Below are positions 30,202-40,830 of a stretch of DNA of 64,000 nt, piece by piece. How positions within the stretch are numbered: the first letter of the stretch is position 1; each line of letters begins with the position of its first letter. The translations under genes and the position numbers were made by a program. The notes under the pieces were generated by a model, which was given only the letters and a program-made list of their open reading frames with translations, had not been told where the DNA came from and did not search any database. This DNA comes from an uncultured Chloroflexia bacterium (GTDB lineage: Bacteria; Chloroflexota; Limnocylindria; Limnocylindrales; CSP1-4): contig CAWHDR010000005.1 of NCBI GenBank assembly GCA_963828165.1, forward strand, positions 32,001-96,000, in the 5' to 3' direction.

Positions 30202-31599
30202 ATGAGCACGTCCTTCGACTTCGTCGTCATCGGTGCCGGCCCCGGTGGCGAGGCCGCCGCGAACAAGGCCCGCGAGCTCGGGGCGACGGTCGCGATCGTG
30301 GACAACCGCTGGTTCGGTGGCAGCTGCCCGCATGTCGGCTGCATCCCGTCCAAGTCGCTGCTCCACGGGGCATACGAGCATGCGAAGAACCCGGCTGCCT
30401 ACGAATGGTCGCGCGCCTCTGCCCGACGCGACTACATGGTCAACCGCTCGACCGACGCCGACGAGCCTGACGACAGAAGCCACGTCGCGGCGCTCGAGAA
30501 GGCTGGGGCGACCGCATACCGCGGCGAAGGCCGCATCACGCGTCGCGGTGTCGTCACGGTCAGCCACGACGACGAGGCGCACGAGCTGACGACCAAGCAC
30601 GTGGTGGTCGCCGTGGGCTCGGTCTCGAAGCGGGTCGACATGCCGGGACTCGCCGAAACGAAGCCGTGGACGAACGAGGAAGCGACGCTGACCCGTGAGC
30701 TGCCACGCAGCCTGGTGGTCCTCGGGGGCGGCCCGACCGGGTGTGAGCTGGCCCAGGTCTATGCGCGGTTCGGGGTGCCGACGACGATCGTCCAGTCCGG
30801 TCCGCGGCTCGCCCCGACCGACCACCCGCGCAACTCCGACGTGATCCGCAAGACCCTCGAGGCGGACGGAGTCACCGTACGTACCGATGTCCGCGCCGTG
30901 AGAGCGCGTGCTGGCGAAGGTCGCGACGGAGCCCACGTGATCGAGCTCGGCGATGGCTCCTCCGTCGAGGGTCACGCGATCCTGACCGCGGTCGGTCGTC
31001 AGTTCCCGATCGACGACCTGGGCCTGGAGCACTACGGCCTGGACGCTTCAGGCCGGACGCCACTGTTCCCGCGTGACGGCCGCCTGCGGATCGCGGACGG
31101 CCTCTACGTCGTGGGCGACGCCGCCGGCCCCGAGCTGCACACACACCAGGCGCACTACCAGGGCGGGATGGCCGTTCGGATGGCGCTCGGTGAAGAGGTG
31201 ACGCCCGACTACCGCGCGCTGCCGCGCGCGACCTACACGGATCCGGAGGCGGCGTTCGTGGGGGTGACGGTCGAGGCCGCTCGGGAGGCGGGTACGGATG
31301 CCTTCGAGCTCGTCGCCGACTTCGCGACCAGCAGCCGCGGCTACGGCGTCGAGGCGTCGCTGGGCCACGTGACGATCGTGATCGACCGGGCGAACCGCCA
31401 GCTCGTGGGCGCTGCCATCGCGTGTCCCGATGCATCCGCTGCCATCCACGAGTGCGTCGTGGCCATCCAGGCACGCGTCCCGATGGACACCCTGGCAGCG
31501 GCAATCCACGCATTCCCGTCGACCTCGCGCATCCTCGACGGCCTCTACGCGGACGCGCTCCGCGAGCTCGAGCGTCCGGGGAGCGTGCTCAAAGGTTGA
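30202..31599 (+). CDS. Pyridine nucleotide-disulfide oxidoreductase (LpdA/MerA-like)
   Basis: GAGPGG, GGSCPHVGCIPSK redox pair, GGGPTG.E, GD, TYTDPE, HAFPS. Confidence 0.85.
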   Translation: MSTSFDFVVIGAGPGGEAAANKARELGATVAIVDNRWFGGSCPHVGCIPSKSLLHGAYEHAKNPAAYEWSRASARRDYMVNRSTDADEPDDRSHVAALEKAGATAYRGEGRITRRGVVTVSHDDEAHELTTKHVVVAVGSVSKRVDMPGLAETKPWTNEEATLTRELPRSLVVLGGGPTGCELAQVYARFGVPTTIVQSGPRLAPTDHPRNSDVIRKTLEADGVTVRTDVRAVRARAGEGRDGAHVIELGDGSSVEGHAILTAVGRQFPIDDLGLEHYGLDASGRTPLFPRDGRLRIADGLYVVGDAAGPELHTHQAHYQGGMAVRMALGEEVTPDYRALPRATYTDPEAAFVGVTVEAAREAGTDAFELVADFATSSRGYGVEASLGHVTIVIDRANRQLVGAAIACPDASAAIHECVVAIQARVPMDTLAAAIHAFPSTSRILDGLYADALRELERPGSVLKG

Positions 31600-31606
31600 G
31601 CCGAGC

Positions 31607-33248
31607 TCAGGCTTCGAAGACGACCTCGCCGTCGAGCAGGACCATCGCCGGGACGTGTCGTCGACAGGGGGCCGCCGGGCGTGACCGGTTCGTCGATCGC
31701 GGCGGCCGGGATGACCACGACATCGGCACGCTGGCCGGCGATCAGGCGGCCGCGGTCGCGCTCGCGCGCGGACATCGCAGGGTCGACGCATGCGGCGCGC
31801 AACGCTCGGTCGAGGGTCAGGGACTGCTCCTCCGCGTAGATCGGGGTGCCGGCCGGCCAGCGTGGGTCCTCGCGGCGGACGGCCAGGGCGAGGCCCGGCC
31901 ACGGGTCGTACGACTCGACCGGCGCATCCGTCCCGAACGCCATGACGGCGCCGGTATCGGCGATCGACTTCCAGGTGTAGGCCGTCGCCTCGGCGCGGTC
32001 GCCCCACAGCTTGCGCGCCTGGGCAGCGTCCGAACCCAGGTGGACCGGCTGCACGCTGGCCGCGATGCTCGCGGCTGCGAACCGCCCGCGATCGTCCGGA
32101 TGGAGCATCTGGACGTGCTCGATCCTGGGCATCAGCGGCGCCGCCTTCGCGCCCGGCGTGAGGACGTCGAGCGCCGCCCGGACCGCGGCGTCACCGATCG
32201 CGTGGATCTGGGTGGCGATGCCCCCGCCGGACGCCCGCGCGACGAGGTCGGCGAGCGCGTCGGGCTCGGTCATCCAGACGCCGCGGCGGCGGTCGGGCGG
32301 GAGCGGCCGATCCGCCTCGGGCTCGATGTCGGCCAGCAGCGCGGCCGTGCGCGACCCGAGCGAGCCATCGGCGAAGCACTTCTGCCAGCCCACCTTGGCA
32401 CGGCCCATGGGGTCGCTCCCGAGCGCCGTCCCGCTTCGAAACCCACGCTCGATGGCGGTCGCCAGGGAGTCGTCGCGCAGACACGCATGGACCCGCAGAG
32501 GCAATCCGCCGGACTCGGCCAGGCGCGCGTAGACCGGGAAGGAGTACGAGAGGTCCGGGTCCGGGGCAACGCCACCAGGATCGTGGCAGGCGACGACCCC
32601 GAGCGACACGAGCTCCTGCCCGACCTCGACGATGGCGGTGGCGAGGTCGTCCGGGGTGAGGGGCGGGACGTGGATCGTCACGAGCCGCGTCGCCGCCTCG
32701 TAGAGCACGCCCTCCGGCGTCCCGTCGGGCGCGCGACGCACCACGCCGCCCGGCGGGTCATCGGCACCGAAGTCGGCGGTCGCGAGCGCAGCGTGACTGG
32801 CCCACAAGGCGTGGTGGTCATGCGCCCACAGCGCGGCGCGGCGGCCTGGCGCGACGGTTTCGAGCTGGTCGGCGGTCGGCCAGCCATCCCATCGATCGCT
32901 GTCCCAGCCGTGGCCCTCGAGCCAGGCGTCGGGCGGGAGGGCCTCGTGGGCGGCGCCGAGGCGAGCCAACCCGTCGTCGAGCGATGGCGCGTCGGTCAGG
33001 TCGACCTGGCGCCTCGCCATCGCGGCCTGCGCGAGGTGCAGGTGCGCGTCCGTCAGCCCGGGGATCGCGACCTGATCGGGTTCCAGGCGGATGCGCTGCG
33101 TGAACGGATCCGCGCGGGTCTCGAGGAAGATCTCCGACCCGGCGAAGGCGATGCGACCGTCGCGGATCCCGATCGCCTCGACCCAGCCGAAGCCCTTGTC
33201 GCCCGACAGGGTCGCGATGCGGCCGGTGATGAGCGTCTCGAGGGGCAT
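31607..33248 (-). CDS. YtcJ-like amidohydrolase (frameshift near 31650)
   Basis: PGLTDAH.H, DHH, K.FADGSLGSRTA, HAIGD, RIEH.Q, GTDAPV; shifted tail MVLLDGEVVFEA*. Confidence 0.85.
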
Positions 33249-33254
33249 GGCCGG

Positions 33255-34281
33255 TCAGCCTAGCGGCTCGGGCGACTCCCGCGGTGACGGTTCCGACCCC
33301 GCCGGGTCCGCGCAGCAACCCCGCCAGCGCATCGCGCGACATCCCCGCGCCGAGACCGAGCGCCAGCGCGACGCGGGTCTTGATCGCGCACAGCGTCCCC
33401 ACCCGCATCGCGCCGGCGCGGACCCACGTCCCGCCGCCGCCTGGGAACGCGTAGGCCGTCGAGACCGGCCCGGCCGGGCAGCGCGACGCCAGCGCGACGA
33501 CGATGCCCGCGACCATCGCCCGCTCGGCGGCCGCCAGCCAGCCGGGTGACGTGTTCCCGGCCCCCGTTGCCGCGACCACGATGCCGTCGGCCCCGGCCGC
33601 GACGGCCGCATCCAGGAGTGACCCGTCCGAGCCGATCCCGGCCGTCAGCAGGTGGACCCGGGCGCCAGCTGTCGGCACCGGATCCAGCCGCCGGCGCGGC
33701 CCGCGAGCCCGGTCCGCCACGACCCGGCCGTCCGCCACACGCCCGAGCGTGCCGCCGTTGGGCGACCCGAACGTCGTGAACGCGGTCGTGTGGAGCTTCG
33801 TGACGTCGTCCGCCGGCTCCAGCGATCCGGCGAGCGTCACGACGACTCCCGCCTCGCGCAACTCGGGCGACACGGCGGCCGCGACGGCATCGCGCAGGTT
33901 CGCCGGGCCGTCGAAGCCCGCCTCGTGCGGCGCGCGCATCGCGCCGGTCACCACCACCGGCTTCGCCGAGCGCAGGACGAGGTCCCAGGCGAAGCTCGTC
34001 TCCTCGATCGTGTCCGTGCCCTGGACCACGACGACCCCGTCGATCGCGGGGTCGTCCAGGGCGCCCTGCACGACCCGCCCGATCTCGAGCACGTCCTCGA
34101 ACGTGAAATGGCTGGCGGGGGTCAGCCCACGGTCGATCGGGACGATCTCGGCGATCTCTTCGAGACCGGTCGTCCGGGCCAGGATCGCAGCGCCATCGAG
34201 CGCGGGGACGTTGCCGCCCGCCACCGGGTCGAAGCCCATGCTGATCGTGCCGCCCGTGAACACCATCGCGACCCGGGCCAT
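33255..34281 (-). CDS. L-asparaginase family protein (frameshift near 33312)
   Basis: FTGGTISM, QGTDTIEET, PVVVTGAMR, DGPANL, TKLHT, GAGN. Confidence 0.88.
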
Positions 34282-34294
34282 GGTCGGCTCGGCG

Positions 34295-35909
34295 TCAGGC
34301 GCGGTCGGCCGGGTCGGACGGACCGATCCGATCGGTCGGCTTCGTCCGCGTCCGACGCCGCCATGTCGATCTCGACCGTCTCGTCCTGCTGCTGGGCGGG
34401 GTCCGGCGCGCTCATCGCGACCGGGTCGACCGGCGGCGGGAGCTTGCTCTGCGGGGCGTCCGGGTCCTCACGCCACTTGGGCCGGTCGGCGCCCAGCGCA
34501 GCGGCGAGCGGATCCTCGAAATGGGGGTCCGCGCTGGCGCCGGCCACGCCCAGATTCGGATCCCGCAGGAACACGCTGGCGATGCCCGACGCGAGGACAC
34601 CCACGCCGACCACGAGCATCACCGTACCCGTCCCGATCAGGTCGGAGATCGGTCCCACGACGATGATCGGCAGGAAGCTCGACACCGAGACGAGCATGTT
34701 GAGCACGCCGAACACCCGGCCGCGGACCTCCTCGGGCAGGTCCTCCTGGAGCTGGGTCTGGGCGGGGATCGCCACACAGCCGTACGCCAAACCGGCCACG
34801 AACGCGATGAACACGACGATCGCCAGCAAGGAGGTCAGGGCCGACAGGTCGAGCAGGCTGCTCGCGGTGTCGGCGCTCTGGAGCAACCGGCTGATCGGCC
34901 CCGCGATCGAGAGCAGCGCGAGCATGATCCCGAGCGTGATCAGGCCGCCCTCGATGACGCGCCGGCGCGGGAGGAACTTGCCGTACGCGTTGAGCAGCAG
35001 GATGCCCATCACGATGCCACCGCCGAGCGGCAGCACGATCACGGCGAAGTCCTTGGGCTCCAGGCCGAGCGCGGTCTCGGCGAAGTCCGGGCCGAGCACA
35101 CCGAGCACGCCGATCAGCGAAGCGGTGATGCCCAGATAGAGGAGCGACCAGCCGATCGACCGGTTCGTCCAGATGAAGCTCAGCCCCTCGCGCAGCTGGG
35201 CGACGGTCGATCGGATGGCTTCCCGGGTCGCCCCGACCGGATGCGCACCGGTGTCGGTCGGCGCGCGTGCCGGCGGCGGCGACGGCGGAAGCGTGAAGCA
35301 GAAGACCGCGGCGAGGAAGTAGAGGGCGGCCACCACGATGATCACGGCCTGCGGGCCGGCGACGTTGATGACCAGCGGGCCGAGCAGGGCGAACCCGATC
35401 GCGAATGCCGCGTTCAGGGTGATCGTGAACACACCGTTCGCGGCGAGCAGCTGGTGACGCGGCACGACCTCCGGGATCATCGCTGCCTCGGCCGGCGCGA
35501 AGAAGACCGTGACGGTCGACACGAAGATGTTCAGCAGCAGGATCAGCAGGAAGTGGTCGCCGACCAGGAACAGCCCGACGATCGCGAATCCGCGCAGGAT
35601 GTTCGTCGTGATGAGCACCAGCCGCCGATCCACCCGGTCGACATAGACCCCGGCCACCGCCGAGAACAGGACCGCCGGGACCAGGAACGACAGGATCAGC
35701 AGGCTGACCGCGGTGTTCGGCTGCGTCGACGACACGATGACCGTCAGGCCGAACAACACCATGTTGCCGCCGATCTGGGTCGTCGCCTGGGACAACCAGA
35801 GGCGAAGGAACGAGGCGTTGCGGAAGACCGCCAGCGCCCCTTCCGACCCGTTAGTCATCGGCGGCGTCGTCCCGGCCGCTCCGCCGGTCGACTCCGCGGA
35901 TCCGGTCAT
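34295..35909 (-). CDS. MFS transporter (MFS_3/H+ antiporter-like); stop position inferred
   Basis: F.RLW.SQ, AGVYVDR.DRR, FFAPAEAA.IP, RGRVFG; about 12 TM segments. Confidence 0.8.
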
Positions 35910-36166
35910 CGGCCCTCGTCCGTGGCCGGCTCAGGGGCTCTCGCGACCGCGGCGTTGAGTGCCATGTCACCGCGTTGCACGAACTCGACAAATCTCCGCT
36001 CGAGCGTCGCTCGCGCCAGCAGCACGTGCCGGCCACACGTCTGGCAGCGCAGCCCGATGTCCGCCCCGAGCCGGTCCACGAGCCAGGAATCGCCCCCGCA
36101 CGGGTGGCTCCGGCGAAGCCGCAGGACGTCGCCGAGCAACAGGGTCAGGACGGGTCGGACCGGCAC
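35906..36166 (-). CDS. DUF951 family small Cys protein
   Basis: GDVLRLRR.HPCG...W...R.GADI.L.C..C. Confidence 0.82.
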   Translation of the reverse strand: MPVRPVLTLLLGDVLRLRRSHPCGGDSWLVDRLGADIGLRCQTCGRHVLLARATLERRFVEFVQRGDMALNAAVARAPEPATDEGR

Positions 36167-36179
36167 GGCGGACAGGCTA

Positions 36180-36854
36180 TCAGAGCCGCGGGCGGCCGTG
36201 CCCCGGGACCAGTTCGCGGTCCGTCGCGGGGACGTCAACACGGTCGAGCGGCGTGACTTCCACCACGACATCCGGCAGGGTCGCGGCGAGCTGCGCGATG
36301 ATCCCGCCCGACCTGGTCAGGGACCCCGTGAGCTTGTCCGGTGCCCCGATCGCCGAGAGCTCGAAGGGATCGCCGAGGGGGACACCATCGACCGTGACGG
36401 CCCCTGCGGCGCCCATCGTGACGACGCCAGGCACGAGCCGCACGGACTCGACGGCGATCGCCTCGGCGCCGGCGTTGCGAAGCTCGTTGACGAGATCCTC
36501 GACGCCGCTCCCGTCGATCGGGCCGCGGATCGTGATGACGATGCCCGGTCCGGTCGCCGGATCGATGCCCGCGTACAGGCGCACCCGGCGCAGGTCGGCA
36601 CGCAGCTCGTCGACCGACGCCTCGCCGCGCTGCGTGTTGGCGGTGAGGGTCGCGAGCTCGCGCTCCAGCGTCCCGATCTCGCCGCGCAGTCCGTCATTGC
36701 GGTCGTTCAGATTCGCGACGAGCACCGTGAGCTCCTGCGAGGACAGCCCGGCGAAGGCTGCGCCGCTCGCCTGGGTTCGAAGCTGGACGATCACGAGCAG
36801 GCCCAGGACGAAGGCCACGGCCGCGATGGTGAGCTGGTTGCGCAGTTGGTGCAT
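36180..36854 (-). CDS. DUF881 family protein
   Basis: N-terminal TM, coiled coil, AG...GPG, VNELRNAGAEAI, AIG. Confidence 0.85.
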   Translation of the reverse strand: MHQLRNQLTIAAVAFVLGLLVIVQLRTQASGAAFAGLSSQELTVLVANLNDRNDGLRGEIGTLERELATLTANTQRGEASVDELRADLRRVRLYAGIDPATGPGIVITIRGPIDGSGVEDLVNELRNAGAEAIAVESVRLVPGVVTMGAAGAVTVDGVPLGDPFELSAIGAPDKLTGSLTRSGGIIAQLAATLPDVVVEVTPLDRVDVPATDRELVPGHGRPRL

Positions 36855-36857
36855 CGG

Positions 36858-37628
36858 TCAGTCGGCCGGTGAAAGCGCGGCTTCCGGGGACGGCTGGGGT
36901 CGTGCATATCGCAGGGTGACCGTGCCGGCGAACGCGGGCATGTCGACCGACTCGGGCTCCGCGATCGAGACCCGCAGGCCCCACGCCTCGGCCCGGGCCC
37001 GGATGAAGTCGACGAATCCGGGCGAAGCGCTCAGCCGCGCATACAGGTCGTCCGGCCCGATGGCCGTGACCTGGAACGGGCCGGCCAGGTACGCCGAGTT
37101 GATGAGGATGGACGGGCCGATGTCGATCACCGCGGTCGTCGGCGTCATGCGCTCACCGTTGACCGCGATGGCTTCCGCTCCGGCGGCCCACAGCTCTTCC
37201 ACGATCGTGCGCAGGTCGCGTGCGCCGACCAGCAGGTCCGAGGTGTTGCCTTCCGGGTCGGCCGGTTCGAGAGAATCCTCGAGCTGGAGGACGATCCCGG
37301 AACCGGTGAGCGGGATCAGGCCGGCCGCGATCCGCGCGGCCTCGAGCTGGTCGTTGAGGTCGCTGACCAGGGCCGCGGAACCCTCGCCCGCCTGCTCGGC
37401 CGCCTGGATCCTCGCGCGAAGATCGAGGATGGACGTCTTGAGTGCTTCCTGGTCGGCCTGCAGCTCGCTGGCCGTCTCGACGAGTGGGGAGCGCTCCTGG
37501 GTCGTGTAGCGGACCCGCGGTCCCTCAGCGGCGAGTTGCGCCGCCACGAGGAACCCGAGACCCAGCAGGGCGACCCCCAGGGTGACCTGCCAGCTCGGGA
37601 TGGCGCGCAGGCGGGCTCCGACGGTCAC
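36858..37628 (-). CDS. DUF881 family protein
   Basis: N-terminal TM, AAGL..L.G.G, DLR.IV.ELWAAGAEAIAVNGER, PF.V.AIG. Confidence 0.85.
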   Translation of the reverse strand: MTVGARLRAIPSWQVTLGVALLGLGFLVAAQLAAEGPRVRYTTQERSPLVETASELQADQEALKTSILDLRARIQAAEQAGEGSAALVSDLNDQLEAARIAAGLIPLTGSGIVLQLEDSLEPADPEGNTSDLLVGARDLRTIVEELWAAGAEAIAVNGERMTPTTAVIDIGPSILINSAYLAGPFQVTAIGPDDLYARLSASPGFVDFIRARAEAWGLRVSIAEPESVDMPAFAGTVTLRYARPQPSPEAALSPAD

Positions 37629-39014
37629 GGCATGGCGCCGGGTCGCCCACGGCGGGAGCGCGACCAGACGAGCAGCCCGGCGGCGCCGAAGACGGCCACC
37701 GCCACGATCCCCAGGACGAGCGTGGAGTTCCCACCGAGCGGCGCGCCGTCGCCGGTACCAGCGCCCGCGCTGGGGATGGGCGCCGGGGCGCCGGGCACGG
37801 GCGTCGCACCGGGGACCTCGCCGGGGGCGCCCCACGCGGATGGCCTGGGCCCTGGCGGTGCCGGCTGTGGCCCGTGTCGCTGGGGCACGACCGCATCCAG
37901 ATCGGCCAGCCACGCCGCATTGAAGGCGGCCGTGTCCATGCCGATGGCCGCCTGGAAGGCCTCGTCGTCGGTCAGCCCATCCGCGTACGACCCGATGAGG
38001 GCGACGAGCGCGTCCTGGTCGTGCGTCCGGATGAAGAAGTCGACGGCGCTGACGCTCTCGGCGTAGGCCAGGAAGAACCCATCGCCGGTCGGGAACTGGC
38101 CGGTCAGCCCGTCGAGCGGGATCAGCGTGCCGGCGCGTGCCGCCGATTCGACCGCCGAGCGGTCGCCGGGGTCGTACGACTGGCTCTGATAGACCGCCAA
38201 ACCTTCGTTGAGCCAGCGCGGGGGGAAGTGGTAGGGGTTATCGACGGCTGTGTCGAAGACGAGGTGGACGAGCTCATGGCGCACGACGATCTCGTCCCAG
38301 CCGACATCGGTCGCGCCGACGAGCGCGAACAGCGTCCGGATCTCGGCGTTCGCCTGGCCGCCGACGTTCTCGCGGGTACCCGGGCCAAGGGCGTCGTAGA
38401 ACGGATCCTGTTCGGCGTAGATGAAGAAGTCGATCGGTTCGTCCTCGGTGACGCCGAGCAGGTCCGACGTCTCCCGTACGGCTTCCTCGGCGATCCGGAG
38501 GGAGCGCTCGCCGAATGCGGTGTCGCCCTCGTACCAGTGGACCGTGACGAGGTCGCCGCGGGCCGTCTTCCAGTCGAAGCGCTCGTCGGCGTAGACGGCA
38601 TCCACCTCGGGACCGAGCACCGGGTCGCCATCTTCGGGCGTGATCCGCCATCGAGCGGACACCGGGGTATTGGGAAGGATGTGGCCGTCCGCGGCGACGC
38701 TCAGCTGGTGCCGCAGCGTGGTCGAGCCGATCGTGGTGGGTGGCGGCAGCTCGACGACCAGGGGCGAGGCGTCCGCGAACGTCAGCAGGACCTCGACACG
38801 CGCCGGCGTCTCGTCGAGCGTCACGGGCTGGGTGAGGTCCACGCCCTCGCCGAAGTTCGCATCGATGGTGGGCGTCCCGAACTCCGGGTCCGCGGCATGG
38901 ACCGGGGTGGCGGCGGCACCTGTCAAGGCGGCGAGCGCTGCGAAGCGTCGCCGCTGCCGGGGCAACGACCCATCGCAGTCTCCGCGCGCCGTGATGGCGA
39001 CCCCCCACGGTCAC
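37625..39014 (-). CDS. Secreted, membrane-anchored peptidase MA family (gluzincin); probable frameshift near 38943
   Basis: HELVH plus WLNEGLA, AYAES; signal peptide ending VHA; Pro/Gly linker and C-terminal TM with basic tail. Confidence 0.8.
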
Positions 39015-40583
39015 GGCTGGCCCCACGCCAGTCCGGCGAAGCGCAACGAGCCCAGGCCGTTCTGCCCGGCCCCGAGCAGCCCGTCCCGGGCCAACGCCCA
39101 CCCGGTCCCGTAGGTGATCGGGACGACCGGCGCGTCACGCTGGACGACGTCCTCGGCGCGGTCGTAGGCGGCCGCTGCCGCGGCCTCGTCCGTGGTCGCG
39201 CCCGCCTCGAGGATCGCGGCGTCGAACTCGTCCGAGGACCAGCGGCCGTAGTTGTTCGTGGAGCCCGTCCCCAGCAGGACGCCGAGGAAATCGTTGCGGC
39301 CGGGATAGTCGGCGACCCACGACAGCTGCCACATCTGCGGCGGGTCGTTGTCGAGCCGATCGAAGTACGTCCCGAAATCCATCACCTCGGAGTTGAGCGT
39401 CACCCCGAGCTCCCGCTTGATCTCGCTCACGACCGCCTCGTCATAGGGCGAGCCGCCGGTCAGGAGCGTGACCTCCGGGAAGCCCTGGCCACCCGGGAAC
39501 CCCGCATCGGCGAGGAGCGCGCGGGCGGACTCCGGGTCGTGGTCGGGCAGGACGTCGCGATCGCTCCGGTCCGGGATGCCCGGCGGGACCATCGATGTCG
39601 CGACCGATCTCGGGTTCGGACACGGACAGGAACGCGATGCGTCGCCAGTCGACGGCGCCCGCGAAGGCACGCCGGATGCGGACGTCGTCGAACGGCGGGC
39701 GGCTGGTATCGAACCCGTAGAAGTCCGTCGAGAGCGATGGCACCTCGCGGAGCTGCGGCCCCAGGGCCGGGTCGTACGCGATCCATGACGCATCGAAGGC
39801 GGAGATGCCGACGTAATCGAGCTCGCCCTCCTCGAAGGCGTCGACGCCACTGCCGCCGCCGAGATCCGTCACGACCGTGATCTCCCCGATCGACGGCGTA
39901 CCGGCCCAGTACGCGGGGTTGGCGCGCAGGACCATCGTGCCCTGGGTCAGCTCGGCGAGGGTGTAGCCGCCACTGACGACGAACGAATCTCCGGCCTGCA
40001 GCGCCGCGGGCTCGCTGCCGACGCCTGGCGGGACGATGCCGAACGTGGGGCTGGCGACCACCGTGACGAATTCCGCAGCCGGCCGCACGAGATCGACGAC
40101 CACGTCGTTCGCGGCCTCATCGGCGGTGAGCCCGACGCCGTCGGCGTCACCGTCGCCCCGGACGTAGTCCAGCGCTCCCTCGACATCGAGCATGAGGGTC
40201 GCCAACGGCGAGGGCGCGGCGGGATCGATGATGCGGAGCCAGCTCCGGACGACGTCCGCAGCACGTAACGGCGTGCCGTCGCTGAACGTGAGATCCGGCC
40301 GGATGTGGAAGATGACCCGGCGTCCGCCGTCCTCGATGCGCCAGGATTCTGCGAGGGCCGGCCGCAGCTCGAGCGTCTCGTCGAACGTCGTCAACGTCTC
40401 GAAGAACTGGGCGATGACGGCCGCGCTCCCCGAGTCACCGGTGGCCGCAGGGTCGAGACTGGTCGGAAGCCCCAGCCCGATCCGGGCAGTTCCGTCACCC
40501 TCCGCGGCCGGGGCCTGGGAGCAGGCGCCGGCAAGCAGTGCGCCGGCGAGCAGGGGGACGAGCAGGGCGGTCCGGCGCAACAT
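39011..40583 (-). CDS. ABC transporter peptide-binding lipoprotein (OppA family), frameshift near 39605
   Basis: LAGAC lipobox, SLDPA, PALAESW, FSDGTP, PFDDVRIRRA; shifted tail WVADYP, NYGRWS. Confidence 0.85.
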
Positions 40584-40626
40584 CGGCCGGAGTATACGGG
40601 TGATGCCCGCGGAACCCGCGGAAGCG

Positions 40627-40766
40627 TGACCGGGCCGTCTCGGGGGCTCGTTCGCGGCGGGCGTGAGATGAGGCCCCGCAGGCCCACACCGCCGGGGGAA
40701 CGATGCTTTGCCCGCGAGGCCTCTGCTGCGATAACGACTCAGCTTCGCCGTCGTTAGGGCCGGTCG
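40627..40766 (-). ncRNA. Unidentified structured RNA candidate
   Basis: Closing stem, a short hairpin, a 14-bp stem with G-U pairs only on the minus strand, and a loop complementary to the 3' flank. Confidence 0.4.
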
Positions 40767-40830
40767 GGGCGAGATTCGCGGATTCGTTGGCTCGGACGGG
40801 TCGGCGAGGGGGGCGGGCTACGATGTCGGT

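Noticed and set aside
30202-31599. Mercuric reductase MerA
   Set aside because: No C-terminal Cys-Cys pair, no N-terminal HMA domain and no mer genes.
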